DNA of 62,837 nt, the filler included, from Choristocarpus tenellus KU-1152 (lineage: Eukaryota; Protista; Phaeophyceae), in NCBI GenBank assembly GCA_964200185.2. It is 10 parts of 10 records of this genome, joined end to end, with 100 filler letters (N's around TTAATTAATTAA, not from the genome) between each part and the next. Parts side by side here need not be neighbours in the genome. Positions count along the whole stretch, not along the records: positions 12,763 to 19,411 come from CAXNAD020007666.1; positions 19,512 to 24,373 come from CAXNAD020012749.1; positions 24,474 to 31,425 come from CAXNAD020006986.1; 7 more parts are not named here. One strand, 5' to 3'. A model generated the notes under the pieces. That model saw only the letters and a list, made by a program, of their open reading frames with translations. It ran no database searches and was not told the DNA's origin. Below are positions 12,663-25,396 of this stretch, in pieces. The first letter of the stretch is position 1; the number at the start of each line of letters is the position of its first letter. The position numbers and the translations under genes are program-made.

Positions 12663-13505
12663 NNNNNNNNNNNNNNNNNNNNNNNNNNNNNNNNNNNNNN
12701 NNNNNNTTAATTAATTAANNNNNNNNNNNNNNNNNNNNNNNNNNNNNNNNNNNNNNNNNNNNCCTCCCCCTCTTGTTCTGCGGCACCCCCTCATCTGCAC
12801 GCACCTCTGCAGCCAGGCCTCCTGACCTCTTGTTTCTCTTATTCGCCACCCAGAGACTCTTACTCGGGGGGTCGATAACTCAAGATAGGTTTTGGGTCTT
12901 GAAAAAGCGCTCTTGGAAGGCTTCTGTGTCTAGTCCTCTTCTCTATGAGAACAAAATATGGTCTCCCTCACTTTCCTTGTGCAACCTCTAAAAAATTGGA
13001 GAACCACCAGGAGGACTGAAATGGCACCCCAATTTACATGTAGATACCAACAGTTAAATATTTAGAGGGAGGCGTCAAGTGTTACACCGACTTGAAGATG
13101 AAGTCATAAGCTTCGCCCATGTTGTCAGAAGTAGGCGCCATATACAGAACGAGATAATTGCAAATTAGAGGTGATCGGTTGAACAAATTTTCGCAATAAA
13201 TATATTTCAAAAGTGTGTAGAAACCGAGAATTAGATCTTGATCAGTGTATAACTCCATTTTACAGTTTGGACACACAAAGAGTGCCCCCTTGCGCATATC
13301 CTTCATCTATTTCCCTACCCTCATGTGCTTTTGTTTTGGTAATGCTTCACATAAGTCAGGGTTTAACTTTTCCAGTCTTCAGATCTACTGTTGGTGTAGA
13401 ACGCAGGGTATATTTTATTCTATGTGTTGAGTATATTATTGGTATAAAGTGTTGTGTACAACATGTAATAACATGTTACAGAGAAAGGAAAAACCAAGAC
13501 TCAGA

Positions 13506-13716
13506 GGCTTGAAGTATCCGGGGGGGGGTGATGGCTGTCCATTGGGGGNNNNNNNNNNTGGCAGGGTTGTGAGGTGGCCGGGGGGGGGGGTGATGGCTGT
13601 CCATTGGGGGCTCATTTTTCCATGTCATGATTTTTGGATGATTTGGTTGCATGTGTCGGATGGATAATGTAAGTGCACTTCTTCTGGTCAGGGCCCGAAT
13701 GGACACCCTGGTGTAG

Positions 13717-13750
<34 letters not shown>

Positions 13751-13769
13751 CCCCCAGTTACTTTGAGCC
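13506..13769 (-). mobile_element. MITE family B, full copy (small N gap inside)
   Basis: Termini GGCTTGAAGTATCC...GTTACTTTGAGCC with TSD CAGA/CAGA. Homologous to 4323-4503. Confidence 0.8.
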
Positions 13770-14429
13770 CAGAGACTACTTCTACTCAACAGTTGGGATA
13801 AAAAGTTGGAGATTTTTTTAGAATCTTCAAGATCGCACGTAGGAAAAAGGAAAGTCTGGGTCGTTTCTAGTTCATCGAGTGTGAATGACCCTTATCTACT
13901 TGAAGTGCCTTAACAGGTTGACGTGTACAATTGCCTGTCATGGCTTCTGTGGCATGTCACTTGTCCATGAAGAACCCGGTTCTATAAACCGCAAATGCGT
14001 ACCACTTCTGTTTGATTTGTTGTCCTCGTTCACCATCCCACAGTGGTGATCCCAAACTTTTTTACTTCTCAAAGTCATCTTGCCAAAATATCCAACAGGA
14101 CTTCTAGTGTCCACCTTGCTTTCGTTTTCATTTTGCTGATTCCCTAAACATCCTTGTCTTCAGTATTCGCTCATCCCTCAGTCTCAATATTGTCACACAC
14201 ACATTCTTCCACGAGGAAATACGTATCTGATTGGTGTGTTCTTGTTATTGGAATCTGATCCAGTATAGTAAGTGTTTTTGATGGTGGAGGTTGGCATAGT
14301 AGATCAAATGAAGTTGCCATACTACATCATGTACCATATCATATAGCAGGACCTCAAGTATTTAACCCATGATGATATGCATCTTAAGATTAAGTGATAC
14401 GCCTAAACTTGTAAGGCGGACACAGCACT

Positions 14430-14682
14430 GAGTGAAAGTAGAGGGTACGAGGTTTGCCCTGTTTGTCGATTTGGAGCTTGACTTCCCACGGGTTTTTAAT
14501 GACATTTTACCTAATTTGAAATAGTTTGGAGTAGATAAAATGTATGCGTTATGGAAACGTGTATCTGGAACAAGGATATTAGCACTTCCTAATAGATATG
14601 ATAGCCAAATTACATCAAAATATCAACATTGGATTTTGGCCCCCAAATGGACGTGACTCTACCCTCTGAGATACTTTGACTC
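14430..14682 (+). mobile_element. MITE family A (~256 bp)
   Basis: GAGTGAAAGTAGAGGGTA...TACCCTCTGAGATACTTTGACTC, flanked by ACT/ACT. Confidence 0.9.
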
Positions 14683-15422
14683 ACTCTTGTTTTACAAAAA
14701 TATATATTGATATCAATACATCAAATTGACATATTTGTACATGTTCTGACATATTTCTAAAATATATATTTTTCATCACACTTCAGCCACCTGTTGTACT
14801 GACATTACACGTGATTGAAGGGTTCTTCCTTGCAGTTCATGAAAGAACATACATCTCTTTTGCAATGAGCTACCACCCATATGGTGGATGACAGGCAGGA
14901 GTGTGAAAATAACAGCAATGTGGTAGGGATGACGTTTCGTGAGCCAACAAGTACAACAAGAGAAATTGTGGTAGCAATGTCAAACAGGGTACTGTTTGCA
15001 TTGTTAAGGAGAGGATCGTAACGCACTCACAACAACAACACTGCACATCTCGCCTTGCTCTCCATCACAAAGAAATGCACGCACAATTGAGACTGGAAAA
15101 TGCTACCACCGCTTTACCCTAGCTCATACAACATTACCCATGAAGGCCTGCAGGCCACCACAGATATTAACAAACAACATCATTGCAACAACATACTTGA
15201 AAAACAGACGTTTGTAAAGATGGCCCCGGGATCCTGTGTGGACGTTCATCATCCATGACTGTGCTCAACACGAAGGATGCGAAGAAGGCTGTTATCACGT
15301 GACCAGCGAAGGATTGGAATATTCGCTCAGGTGTTTCTCCTTTACCAGTCAACTGCCTCAAGGAAAGAAAGTATACCAACTCCAACTCCTCTGTTGTGAA
15401 AACTGGGATGACCATGACCATC

Positions 15423-15680
15423 AAGTCAAAGTATCTTCGAGGGTTGAGCCGTGTCCGTTTGGGGGCCAAAATTCAATGTTGCGGCTTTGATGTAATTTTG
15501 GCTACTGTGTTTGTTAGGAAGTGTCGATATTCTTGTTCCGAACACACCCTTTCATAACGTATACATTTTACCTACTCCGAAACATTTCAGAATCGGAAAA
15601 TGTCATAAAAAAAACGTGGGAAGTCGAGCCCCAAATGGACAAACAGGGCAAAATTCGTACAGTCCAAGTTACTTTCACTC
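15423..15680 (-). mobile_element. MITE family A
   Basis: AAGTCAAAGTATCTTCGAGGG...GTTACTTTCACTC, flanked by CATC/GATC. The paralog at ~59725 has the empty site. Confidence 0.88.
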
Positions 15681-17280
15681 GATCCACACCCCAAAGACAC
15701 TCACTCTACTTGACATCACCCACTGGCTCATTGCCAGGCATCCCCTCTTGCGCTGCAGTCTCACACAGCAGTCATCAGCGAATATTTTTTGGGGCTAATC
15801 TGGGATCCCTACCTTCATTTACGATTGCCAAGGTTGCAATTGCTGTCCTGTCCAACTACCCTATGTATGAGTACATTGTAACGACCTTGCAATCCCTCTC
15901 CACGTGATGCACCACATCTCTCCACCTCTGGTGATGTTGGTGGCGAGATGAACACACTGTGATGCCTATTTGACACCGATGCCCTTGGCACTGTGAATAC
16001 CCTGCACTATCGTGGTGCAGCAGCACCACCTTTGTCTGCCACTGCTTATGTGGGTGGCGAGACGAGCACCCTGCCCCTTTGTGATGACGCTGCACCACCG
16101 CCTCTCTCTGTCTCTGATGTTGTTTGTGGCGAGATGAACACCTCATAGCTTGGTGACGCTGATATCTGTAGCACTGTGAACACCCTACGCTTTTGTGATG
16201 AGGCAGCACCACCTCTCTCCTCTGCCGGTGATGTGGGTGGTGAGTTGAGCACCCTGCCCCTTTGATAATGCTGCACCACTGCCTCTCTCTACCTCTGCTG
16301 ATGTTGGTGGTGAGATGAACACCCCGGGTTAGGTGATGCTGATGTCTTTAGCACTGTGAATACCCTATGCCTTTGTGGTGCAGCAGCACCGCCTCTCTCT
16401 ACCACCGGTGATGTGGGTGGCAAGATGACAATGCTGTTGTTCTGTCTCTGTGATGACGCTGCGCCACTACCTATCTCTGCCACGGGTGATGTTGGTGGAG
16501 AGATGAGTACATGTTTTTTTTTGTGGTGCCAGGTGAAGGAGGAGGGACGAAGACCCAGACTTACCTTGTGCAGGGCTCATTGCAGGACAAAGTTTCCACT
16601 TTCGTCACTTTTTGACCTCTTTGAGCTTTTCGAGAGGTAGTTCTTGCTTGGCAAAGTGGATACTGTGCTGGAAGGGCGTGATAGTGGTGTCCAGGTCACA
16701 GGCAGGTCTAGACGCTTGCAGCAAAGATATTGTTGTTGGCATCGACGCATATGCCAAGGTCAGTTCCCCCCACACTCGAGCCTCAAGCTCCAAGTCTTCC
16801 CTCGTTACGTCTGCCTGACGCTGGAAATGGAGCTAGCGGGACTTAGAGCTATCAATGGCAAGTGTGAAAGAACAAAAAATGACCATAAAAGAAAACGTGT
16901 AGACCCCACTCATGTCATGGAGTATATTTTGGCAGAGGAGTCAACGACTAGGTCTACATAATTGCTTGAAATGCAGAGGAAGATGTCATGCATGCATGAA
17001 ATACAGGGTCAAGTCCTGATCTTGCACACCTCGATCGCGGTGTTTCGTGACTGAAGTGCAAGAAAAGGGAATGAAGAGGATGTTGTTCTTGTCAATGGTA
17101 CATCTTGCACAAGGGCAAGCTGCCCCCACACCCTTGACTCCAGCTCAGAGTATGTAGTTATTGCAATCTCAATCTGATGTTGAGAAGGGGGCAATCATGT
17201 AGAGGGAGAAAGGAATATTCGTGTGTTAGAATGAAATAACTTACTTCAAAGTAGTACATGTATATATAGCATCAGGTGTA

Positions 17281-17537
17281 GAGTGAGAGTATCTTAGAGG
17301 GTGAGTTTTGCCCTGTGTGTCCATTTGGGACTTAGCTTCCCATGTTTTTTTTATGACATTTTCCTACTCCAAAATGTTTAGGAGTAAGTAAAATGTATAC
17401 GTTATGAAAAGGTGTGTCCGAAACATCGATACTGACACCTCCCAACAAACATGATAGCCTAAATTACATCAAAATCGCACATTGGATTTTGGGCTCCAAA
17501 TGGACACGGCTCTACCCTCTATAAGATGCTTTGGCTC
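17281..17537 (+). mobile_element. MITE family A
   Basis: GAGTGAGAGTATCTTAGAGGG...ATAAGATGCTTTGGCTC, flanked by GTA/GTA. Confidence 0.88.
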
Positions 17538-19028
17538 GTAAAACCAAGCAATGTGGGTGGTGTGGCCTCAAGGCCTGCACCATTGGCAGTACAATAGGTA
17601 TGGGCCTCCCCATGGAGGAATGCAGGCAATGTGGTTGCGATATTGCCTGCAGCATCAGAAACAAGAGGAGGGATAAACCTTGTCCTTGGAGATTCCCATT
17701 GCTTCCAACCCTAAGTCCTAAATTCTAAATTTTACCATTGGAATTTGAACTATCTTGCCAAAGGCTTGAGCTAACCCCTGCAAAAGTCAGAGAGTCACAG
17801 CAGCAGTGGATTCGTACAAAGTCACTTTGTGGTATTGGTTTGCTCATCTCTCCTACCCATTCGTTTGTCCTATGTGGTTGTTGGTGCCTACGAGTGTTGC
17901 CGAGGTGCTACGTTGGGCGACATCTTGAACCCACATGATGTCACAGTCACACCAACATCACAATCAGTACGAGAAAGACGATGATTGTGATGGGAACGAA
18001 ATCCAATTCTGTTCCTTGATGAAGCTTTGTCGCCTCCTTCCACGTGCACGACTGATGAGCCGGGCAGGACATCTGTGGAAGTCATACTCCTCCTAGACCC
18101 TCAGGGGGTCTTGAAGAAGTCGATTGGACAGATGGCCTGCGGCAGGTAGGTGGAAGGTTTATCATCAGTCATACTGGCAAGATTTTTCAGTAACCACAAG
18201 ATACCGTTCCCATCATAATACCACCAGGTTACTCAACTTCCCTCACCTCTTGCGGAAGAAGAAGGCGTGAAGTCAAGCCTGGTATCACGATCGTGACTTC
18301 TCCAGCTTCTGTGGACGAAACAACCTCTGTTACAGCATGCTCCAGAAGCTTACCTCTACACGATGCATAGGTCCAGTCCACAAGCCTATAGATGACGCTG
18401 ATGCACGTACAGGACTCCTGATGCACAAGTCGTCAAGTATGCTGGATCTCTCAATTGGATTAATCCCTTCATAAGTATCGTCAGTATCATCATATAAAAA
18501 GGAACTGGCAACGATGTACCACCTGAAAGCATGATAAATAAATAATATATAAATAGTCAAGAAGTACAAATATATCAAATCTAGGACTTCAAAGTCATTA
18601 TGATGTTTATGAAACCTCCATCAAGGCATATCGCCTGTAACACCTCCACATCTTCACCATGTTGGACTTGGCAAAAAAGAGCAGGGCCATCCTCGATTCC
18701 CAAGGAAACACGTCAACTTGGTATCATCACCGTGAGATTGTTCACCGTGGTGCGGTTCTCCTTACGTTGGATGTAGAGTATTTTTTGTGGATGGAGGGGG
18801 GGAACTAAGATAATGTACTCCAGTACTACTACGTAGTAGTGGCAGATGAGGGGCAATGTTACTCGACGATAGAGCAGAAATCGAAATGTGAGCTGGTTTA
18901 GAACGAAATCAAGCTTCTGGACTTGCGTCATGCATGCTTTACAAGTACAACTTCCTTCTAGAAACACGAAGCCGCGGTGACAAGCCATAATGGTCGTAAC
19001 TGTGACGTCAACGTACCTTGGCACACTA

Positions 19029-19411
19029 AACAATGGATTTTAATAATTGAGGATGGAGCGTACTATTGAGGATGGAGTATACTATTGAGGCTGGATTTGA
19101 CNNNNNNNNNNTGTGGAGGGCACCGCTACGATTTGGAAGTGACCTCGACCAAGCAAATCGTATAAGGACAGACGGCCCCCCCCGGAAGGAGCCGGTAACG
19201 GTTTTGGTATTCTTATAATAATATGTATGGTACACTACAGATTGTATTACACAGTACATACATACATACGTCTTCTTCTACTAGTTATAAATATTTATTC
19301 AAGTGCTATGTGGTTTGTACAAGTAAGGGATTGATAGGTCACATCCACCAAAAAAACTTACCAAGTCCACAAAGAAGAACGAACAGATGTTTCACTCTAT
19401 CCATACATGAA
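19029..19411 (+). repeat. Dispersed repeat (family C end with ATTGAGGATGGAG subrepeats), copy 1
   Basis: Highly similar to ~49630-50070. The left end resembles the TIR of 34877-35020. Confidence 0.8.
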
Positions 19412-20725
19412 NNNNNNNNNNNNNNNNNNNNNNNNNNNNNNNNNNNNNNNNNNNNTTAATTAATTAANNNNNNNNNNNNNNNNNNNNNNNNNNNNNNNNN
19501 NNNNNNNNNNNCACCCCGGCCAACCAAATCAAAAAAAAAAAGAAAAAATCGAAAAAAGGGTGAAAAACGGACCCCCCCCCCCCCCCCCCCCCCCCAGATA
19601 CTTTGACCCAAAAATGAAGTGGTTCGCTGAACTCCTTGAAAAAACCTGGTCCGGGGTAAGTCACTGCCCAAGTTTGCCCAGTGTGGAAATACCCCCAAAA
19701 GTTCAAAATTTCTTGACATCTTTTAACCCCTTTTGCAGACGTTTTGTGGGCACACACACGCATGACTTACACAACAACATGAACCACAACGGTGAGACAA
19801 CGAGAGCCGACAAGGCCACTCTTCCCCCTGGATCTACCCTCGGCACCTGCTCTGTCGAGAGGTGACGGAAAAGCTAGTACCGTGTGACACTCAGTGCGAA
19901 GTTAGGTGACTAGAAAGTGCGTGTACTGTGGCACCGCAGCATGATCAAATCGCGAAATGGATAACGGGACCGCGACGCTGACGCTAAGAGAAGATGCATT
20001 GAAAGTATTACCACACAAACATGGTTGGATCTTCAACCACGTCAGATCACTGTTCTGCAGTCTCTGCCACCTCGGGAGAACAGGAAGAGAGTAACGAGTA
20101 TATCACCTGGTACAGTGACGAAGTCTGTGGGGAAGCCTGGTCACAGCAGGTGAAAGGAGAACCGGGGTGGCCGCCCGAAGGGAAGGTTGGGGAAGAGAGC
20201 AGTGCGACTGCGTGCCATTACGCTCAGGAAACGTCTAAGCGAAAACCCGGGTGTAGAATATCTTAGTAGTCGACAAGTTGCAGCAGGCCCTGGCTGTCTG
20301 GAAGCTGTGCGAGCCAGAGTGGCTTAAGGAAACGAGAAAAAGAAGGTGTTAGGGTTGGGCTACAAGGGATCTAAGGCCCGAAAGAAGGTCGAAAGGGCTT
20401 GCAAGGCAGAGGAGAAAGCGATCGTAACAAAGGTAGCTGTGGAGACTTTTCGATACCACCAAATCCTTTACTTAGAAGAGGTCACGAAGCGGGTGGAGGT
20501 AGCCATCGACAAGGACGCCAAGGAAGAAGAGGAGGTGAGATTGAGACCATTTGCACACCAATGGTTTGGTTCCTCTCGCTTCTAGCAAGATACTGTACAT
20601 TCATTCGCTTTTTTTCCTGGACTTGGGGTTGGACATATAAAGTTGATTTAGACTTTCTCCCAGCCTGCATTCGTTCGAGAAATCAACACGATTTTCGATC
20701 AACTCAAGCCTGTCCTCCCTAGCCC

Positions 20726-21097
20726 TTGCACCTTAATAAAATATCACCTGTCCAAGAAACACGGATAACGCCTATTTCCGGTGCTCAACAAGGAATTGCA
20801 ATAGTTAAGGCTCTAACACTGCGAATCCTGTCCGTGTGTATGAATGACGGGAAAGACCGTCAAATGGCACTCGAGATGGCAGCAGGATATGCGATGGTTA
20901 GGGCGGAAACTGTGAATAAATGGGAGAGAGACTTCCTAACCAAGGGCCACATTGAGGTATGGAGCAAAGGTGCTATGAGAGGCGTTTCGTCCTGGGCCTC
21001 GACGAGGACATCCTTGCCGAGGTCAAAGAGTGGGTGCGCGAACGCACAGGAAGAAAGGATGGGGAGGCTTTTTTCCCGTCTAAACCCTATACTTTAA
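20726..21097 (+). pseudogene. Decayed DNA-transposase-like N-terminal fragment
   Basis: ...ETVNKWERDFLTKGHIEV.SKG, then after a frameshift CYERRFVLGLDEDILAEVKEWVRERTGRKDG. This resembles HTH regions of IS630/Tc1-like transposases (recognised from memory, not searched). Confidence 0.4.
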
Positions 21098-21912
21098 CCA
21101 AGTAATAGTGCATCTGTTGCCAATCTTGGTGACCTACAATCCAGGGTTCGAACCCCAATATGAGCGCTCTTTCTTCAAAAAATAAAAAAATGGCGAGAAA
21201 AAATAACGAAGCCCGTACTCTGGAGGGCCTTGTGACGGGCATCACGATTATGCTTTTATTTTTTAATCGGACGTTTACATCAAAAGTTATGACGGGACAA
21301 CCCTAGAGGGCGAAGCTACTGGTACCACTATATCGGCAATAAGAAAATATACTAAGAAATTCAGTTTGCGCAAAATGAAATTCACTATCAAAAAAAAAAA
21401 TCACTGTCAAAAAGAAAAATTGGAAAAACAAGAAATGCCACCCGAAAGTGATCAGCAAATTTAAACCATCTTCCGCAGTGTTAGTGAGCACCCCGTGACG
21501 AAAGAACAGTCTGCCGTAGCCCGTGCTAGCTTCCGTCTATTTCGACCCTTTACTAGATATTCCTCAGTGGATTGAGCGATGGAGGTAGGTCTTTGTCCGA
21601 ATGGTGTTGACTTTTATCACTCGCCCTGTCTGTGGCTAAAGTAAGTGGGGATCGAAGCACAGGCTGGGGAACAGATGTGACTGGCCGAACAGGTTTTGAT
21701 GCACTGCTTTTCGGAATGAACGAGGTCCGCATTTCGCAGGAACCGAAGCAGGTTGTTCAAGGCAGCACAGACAGCGGGCGAGGAATTGAGGGTTAAAACG
21801 GGTTGAAGCATTGGTGCGAGGGTTGCCAGTACACTTTCGACAAACTCTTGGTATGGCAGCGAAGTTTGGATTGATACCTCATCATGCATGGACGTCCTAT
21901 TCTGGTGAGGTA

Positions 21913-22098
21913 GTGTAACAGGCAAATAGGGCGAGCATTTCTTCTCGTGTTCTAACAAAATGCGAGCGTATGTTACATGCGAATAGCGCGAGCATTTCGT
22001 CTCATGTTTTAGCGAACACGAACATTTGTGACGGGCGAATCATGCGAGCATTGTTTCTCGTGTCCTAACAAGTGCGAACAATATACGAGATTAGTATC
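21913..22098 (+). repeat. Dispersed ~185-bp repeat with CGAGCATTTCTTCTCGTGTT subrepeats, copy 1
   Basis: Reverse-complement match to 44902-45085. Confidence 0.8.
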
Positions 22099-25000
22099 AC
22101 GTAGGTAGCCTTACAGAATAAATGCTGATTCATAGAAGATACAGAGTAAGATTCGTAATGCATATGTAACGATACGGAAGAAAACGTCAAAGTTCCTAAG
22201 AAGTAGCAGTATAAAGGTGTATGACTGGAGTATGTATAGAGCAGTTGCATAGAATACCAAAGAAATTGAGTGGATGATGAAGATGATAAGAGGGCTTTTG
22301 GCCAAAATCCTTTACCTCTCTTAATCGGTTTTTTATCTTGAACTTAACATTGAGTCTAGCTTTGAGCTAAGCACTGAGTGGAGTATCGAGAGAAAAGGCT
22401 GTCTGACACCCAACAAACTGTTACCAAGGGCAACGTCCCCATAGCGTCGTTTTAAGGACGTTGGGTTTGAGTTAAACACCCTGTGGAGGTGAGTTCTGGG
22501 GTGCGCTGTAACAGTCGTCCTAGTTCCTGCCTAACGATCGAGGTTTCGGCTGAGGCAACGAAAGGGTATGACATGCTAGCAAAACATAACACACGCATCT
22601 CCCATTGTACCTAAACCATTGTGAGTCTTGTCCTTCTATAATGCAGCTTTTATAGCATTTTGGTTGGCTAAAACAAATGCGAATTGGTCGCTTCGATTGG
22701 ATAATTCCTCTATGAGATCACCAAACTTTGATTGCTGCCCCGAGGGTCTTACTGAGGCCATAATGGTTTTCACTATTTTTTATTATTATGCTCTCTGACA
22801 CTTTGTAGATGTGTCAGGGGGAAAACAAATGAAAACTATACACATGTCAGTATAAGCCCTTAAGAAATAAAATATCATAAATGTGAAAACACTATAAAAC
22901 ACACTAAGCGTGAAAACCACTAATCTATCAGTTACTTCGCCACTATCAATATTGTACTATTGCCTTCCTGTGCTTCCCATCTACCTACTCCTGCACCCTG
23001 GGGGGGGGGAGCTAGAGTTTTTGGACTAGAAATGGAAAATTTGATCAAATTTGGAAATGACAAACACTACCGCCAGAAATCGGGGTGATAGATAAAACAT
23101 TCCGACAGTGAATTTCTTCTTGCTCAAACACACTAATGTTACATAATATATTTCACACTATTGTGAGGGATTCCAGACCTGTAGTCAGTGTAACAGTCCA
23201 AAGAAGGCATACAAATTGCTAACAAAATCACAACAGGATAAAATCAAAGATAAAGAAAAGGAAGAATACAACCTGAAGGAGAAATTTACCATCACACAAA
23301 AGCACGTATGTAGGGGGAGGGGGGGGGAATAGACAAAGGATGCAAGAGAAATCAACCCTAAAGGAAAACGACATACAGCGAACAGTGATGGTGGTAGCGT
23401 TGGTGGCTTGGGCGAACTTGGCTACTGCATTGGTGAGATGTATATCGACTATCACTACATTCTCCTTGGAATGTCATTCTTGTCATGAAGATCGTGTTGT
23501 GCCTTATACCACTCCCTAACCAACAAAAACTATACACATTGTCAGTATAAGCCCTAAAAAAATAAAATGCCATAAATGTGAAAGACACTAATCTATTTGT
23601 TAAAAATGTATCATAACCGTGTACACTCACCACAAAAGTACACAAAATCAAACTACTACACAACAAAAGATCTACACGAAACATACTGATTCGTAGGTCC
23701 GTACTATTCAAGTACCACGATAAATACTAGTATGATTTTGTATCGGTTGTTGTAGTAGCAGGTGAATAATATATATAAAGGAACATCATAGCCGTCAAAC
23801 GTACAAATGTATCATAATATTTTGTGGAGGGAGGTACTACATAGTACTACCCGACATGCATTATTACGTTCATATATCCAGAAGCCGACCCATTAAATCA
23901 AATCGAAGACAGTTATTTCAGTTACTGCTAAACTAGTCATCTTCAGAAGGCTATTTCGTTTTAGTCAGAGACACCAGGTCGAAGGGCTAGGAGAGGCCTG
24001 ACAGATTTATGAGATTCTTCCCTTAATTCTCGCCGCATTCACTTCATATAGTCAGCTTTTAGAATCTTATTCTTGTCATCTTCTGGCCCATTGCATTCCA
24101 TGCAAGATGGTGTATCTGATTATTTGCTTGTTTACGAATTGTGAACTACTTAGTTATCCTCTCTCAGCCTTACATTCACTCCACTTCTCAACTGACGTCC
24201 CACCACTCACCATGTGCAACACCAAGTCATACTACCACGTTGTTAGCACCTCGACTATGTGGCTGCTTTCCGTGTATCCAATCACCAACCAATAATGTGA
24301 GGGTCAAAGTATCTGGGGGGGGGGGGGGGGGGTTGTTGGGGGGGGGTCCTTTTGGGTCAAAAAACCCTTTTTTNNNNNNNNNNNNNNNNNNNNNNNNNNN
24401 NNNNNNNNNNNNNNNNNTTAATTAATTAANNNNNNNNNNNNNNNNNNNNNNNNNNNNNNNNNNNNNNNNNNNNGGGGTGGTAATAGCTTGCACTATACTA
24501 GAGGGGAACCCCGACCCCAAGCGTGCACAACGCCTTGCAGAGTTTCTGTCCAAATCTTGTGCTAAGTCCAAGGCAGAAGAAACGTGTGCGGAAGAACAGG
24601 ATGAGGGAATAAGCGGCTCTCTAAACGCGCATGGGAATGTCCAGGTCTCCCATCCACAATTGTATGATGTCAACAGCGACATTGTCCATAGCGACTTAGG
24701 GCACATTATGAGCGGGTGGGATAAAGATTCCCTGGAGGAGGAAATGGCTCAACATTGATAGGATCCGGGATTACTCCAACACATAGCGTGGAGTCAGTCA
24801 TGGATGATGACAGTGATGACGGATCTGCCGAAGGTGAAGAGGGTGGTGTGGAGGAGGTCGATCCATATTGTCGATCCCTTCCTGGTAAGAGTTGAAAGTC
24901 TTCCGGGGGTGTTGGGAGGGATCGTGGTTCCGGATCTGTACAGAGCTCAGGTTCGGAAATACACGTCCCCAGTAACAAGGGAAAGGGAACGCCTATAACC

Positions 25001-25140
25001 CCCCCAGTAACCTTGCTGGAGAAAATCTTCTCTCCTGAACGTAGGAGGGGGAGGTAGTAGCCACCAATAAAGCATTGGAAGTGAAGGGGAGTGATGCAAG
25101 CTTGACGGATAGCAATGATGACCTACCCATGTCCGATGAT

Positions 25141-25396
25141 GAGTCAAAGTATCTTAGAGGGTAGAGCCATGTCCGTTTGGGGGACAAAATCCAATGTTGC
25201 GATTTTGATGCAATTTGAGCTATAGTGTTTGTTAGGAAGTGTCAATTTCCCTGTTCTGGACACACCTTTTCATAACGTACACATTTTACCTACTCCGAAA
25301 TTTTAGGGAGTAAGAAAATGTCATAATGACCGATGGGAAGCCAAGCCCCAAACGGACAAACAGGGCAAACTCGTACCCTCTAAGATAATTTCACTC
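25141..25396 (-). mobile_element. MITE family A
   Basis: GAGTCAAAGTATCTTAGAGGGTA...TACCCTCTAAGATAATTTCACTC with TSD TGAT/TGAT. Confidence 0.93.

Larger units (their letters stand above)
15395..17620 (-). repeat. Dispersed ~2.1-kb gene-like repeat, copy 1, with internal ~183-bp higher-order tandem repeats
   Basis: Colinear homology with 59700-61815. GGTGATGTKGGTGGYGAGATGA.CAC recurs at alternating ~113 and ~70 bp spacing in 15930-16510. Reading frames are broken. Confidence 0.8.

Noticed and set aside
15930-16510. Repeat-spacer-like pattern
   Set aside because: The intervening sequences are themselves homologous, so this is a degenerate higher-order tandem repeat.
21105-21160. tRNA-like B box (GGGTTCGAACCCC); a similar one on - at ~45318-45340
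   Set aside because: No cloverleaf or acceptor stem can be built. At most a SINE or tRNA relic.
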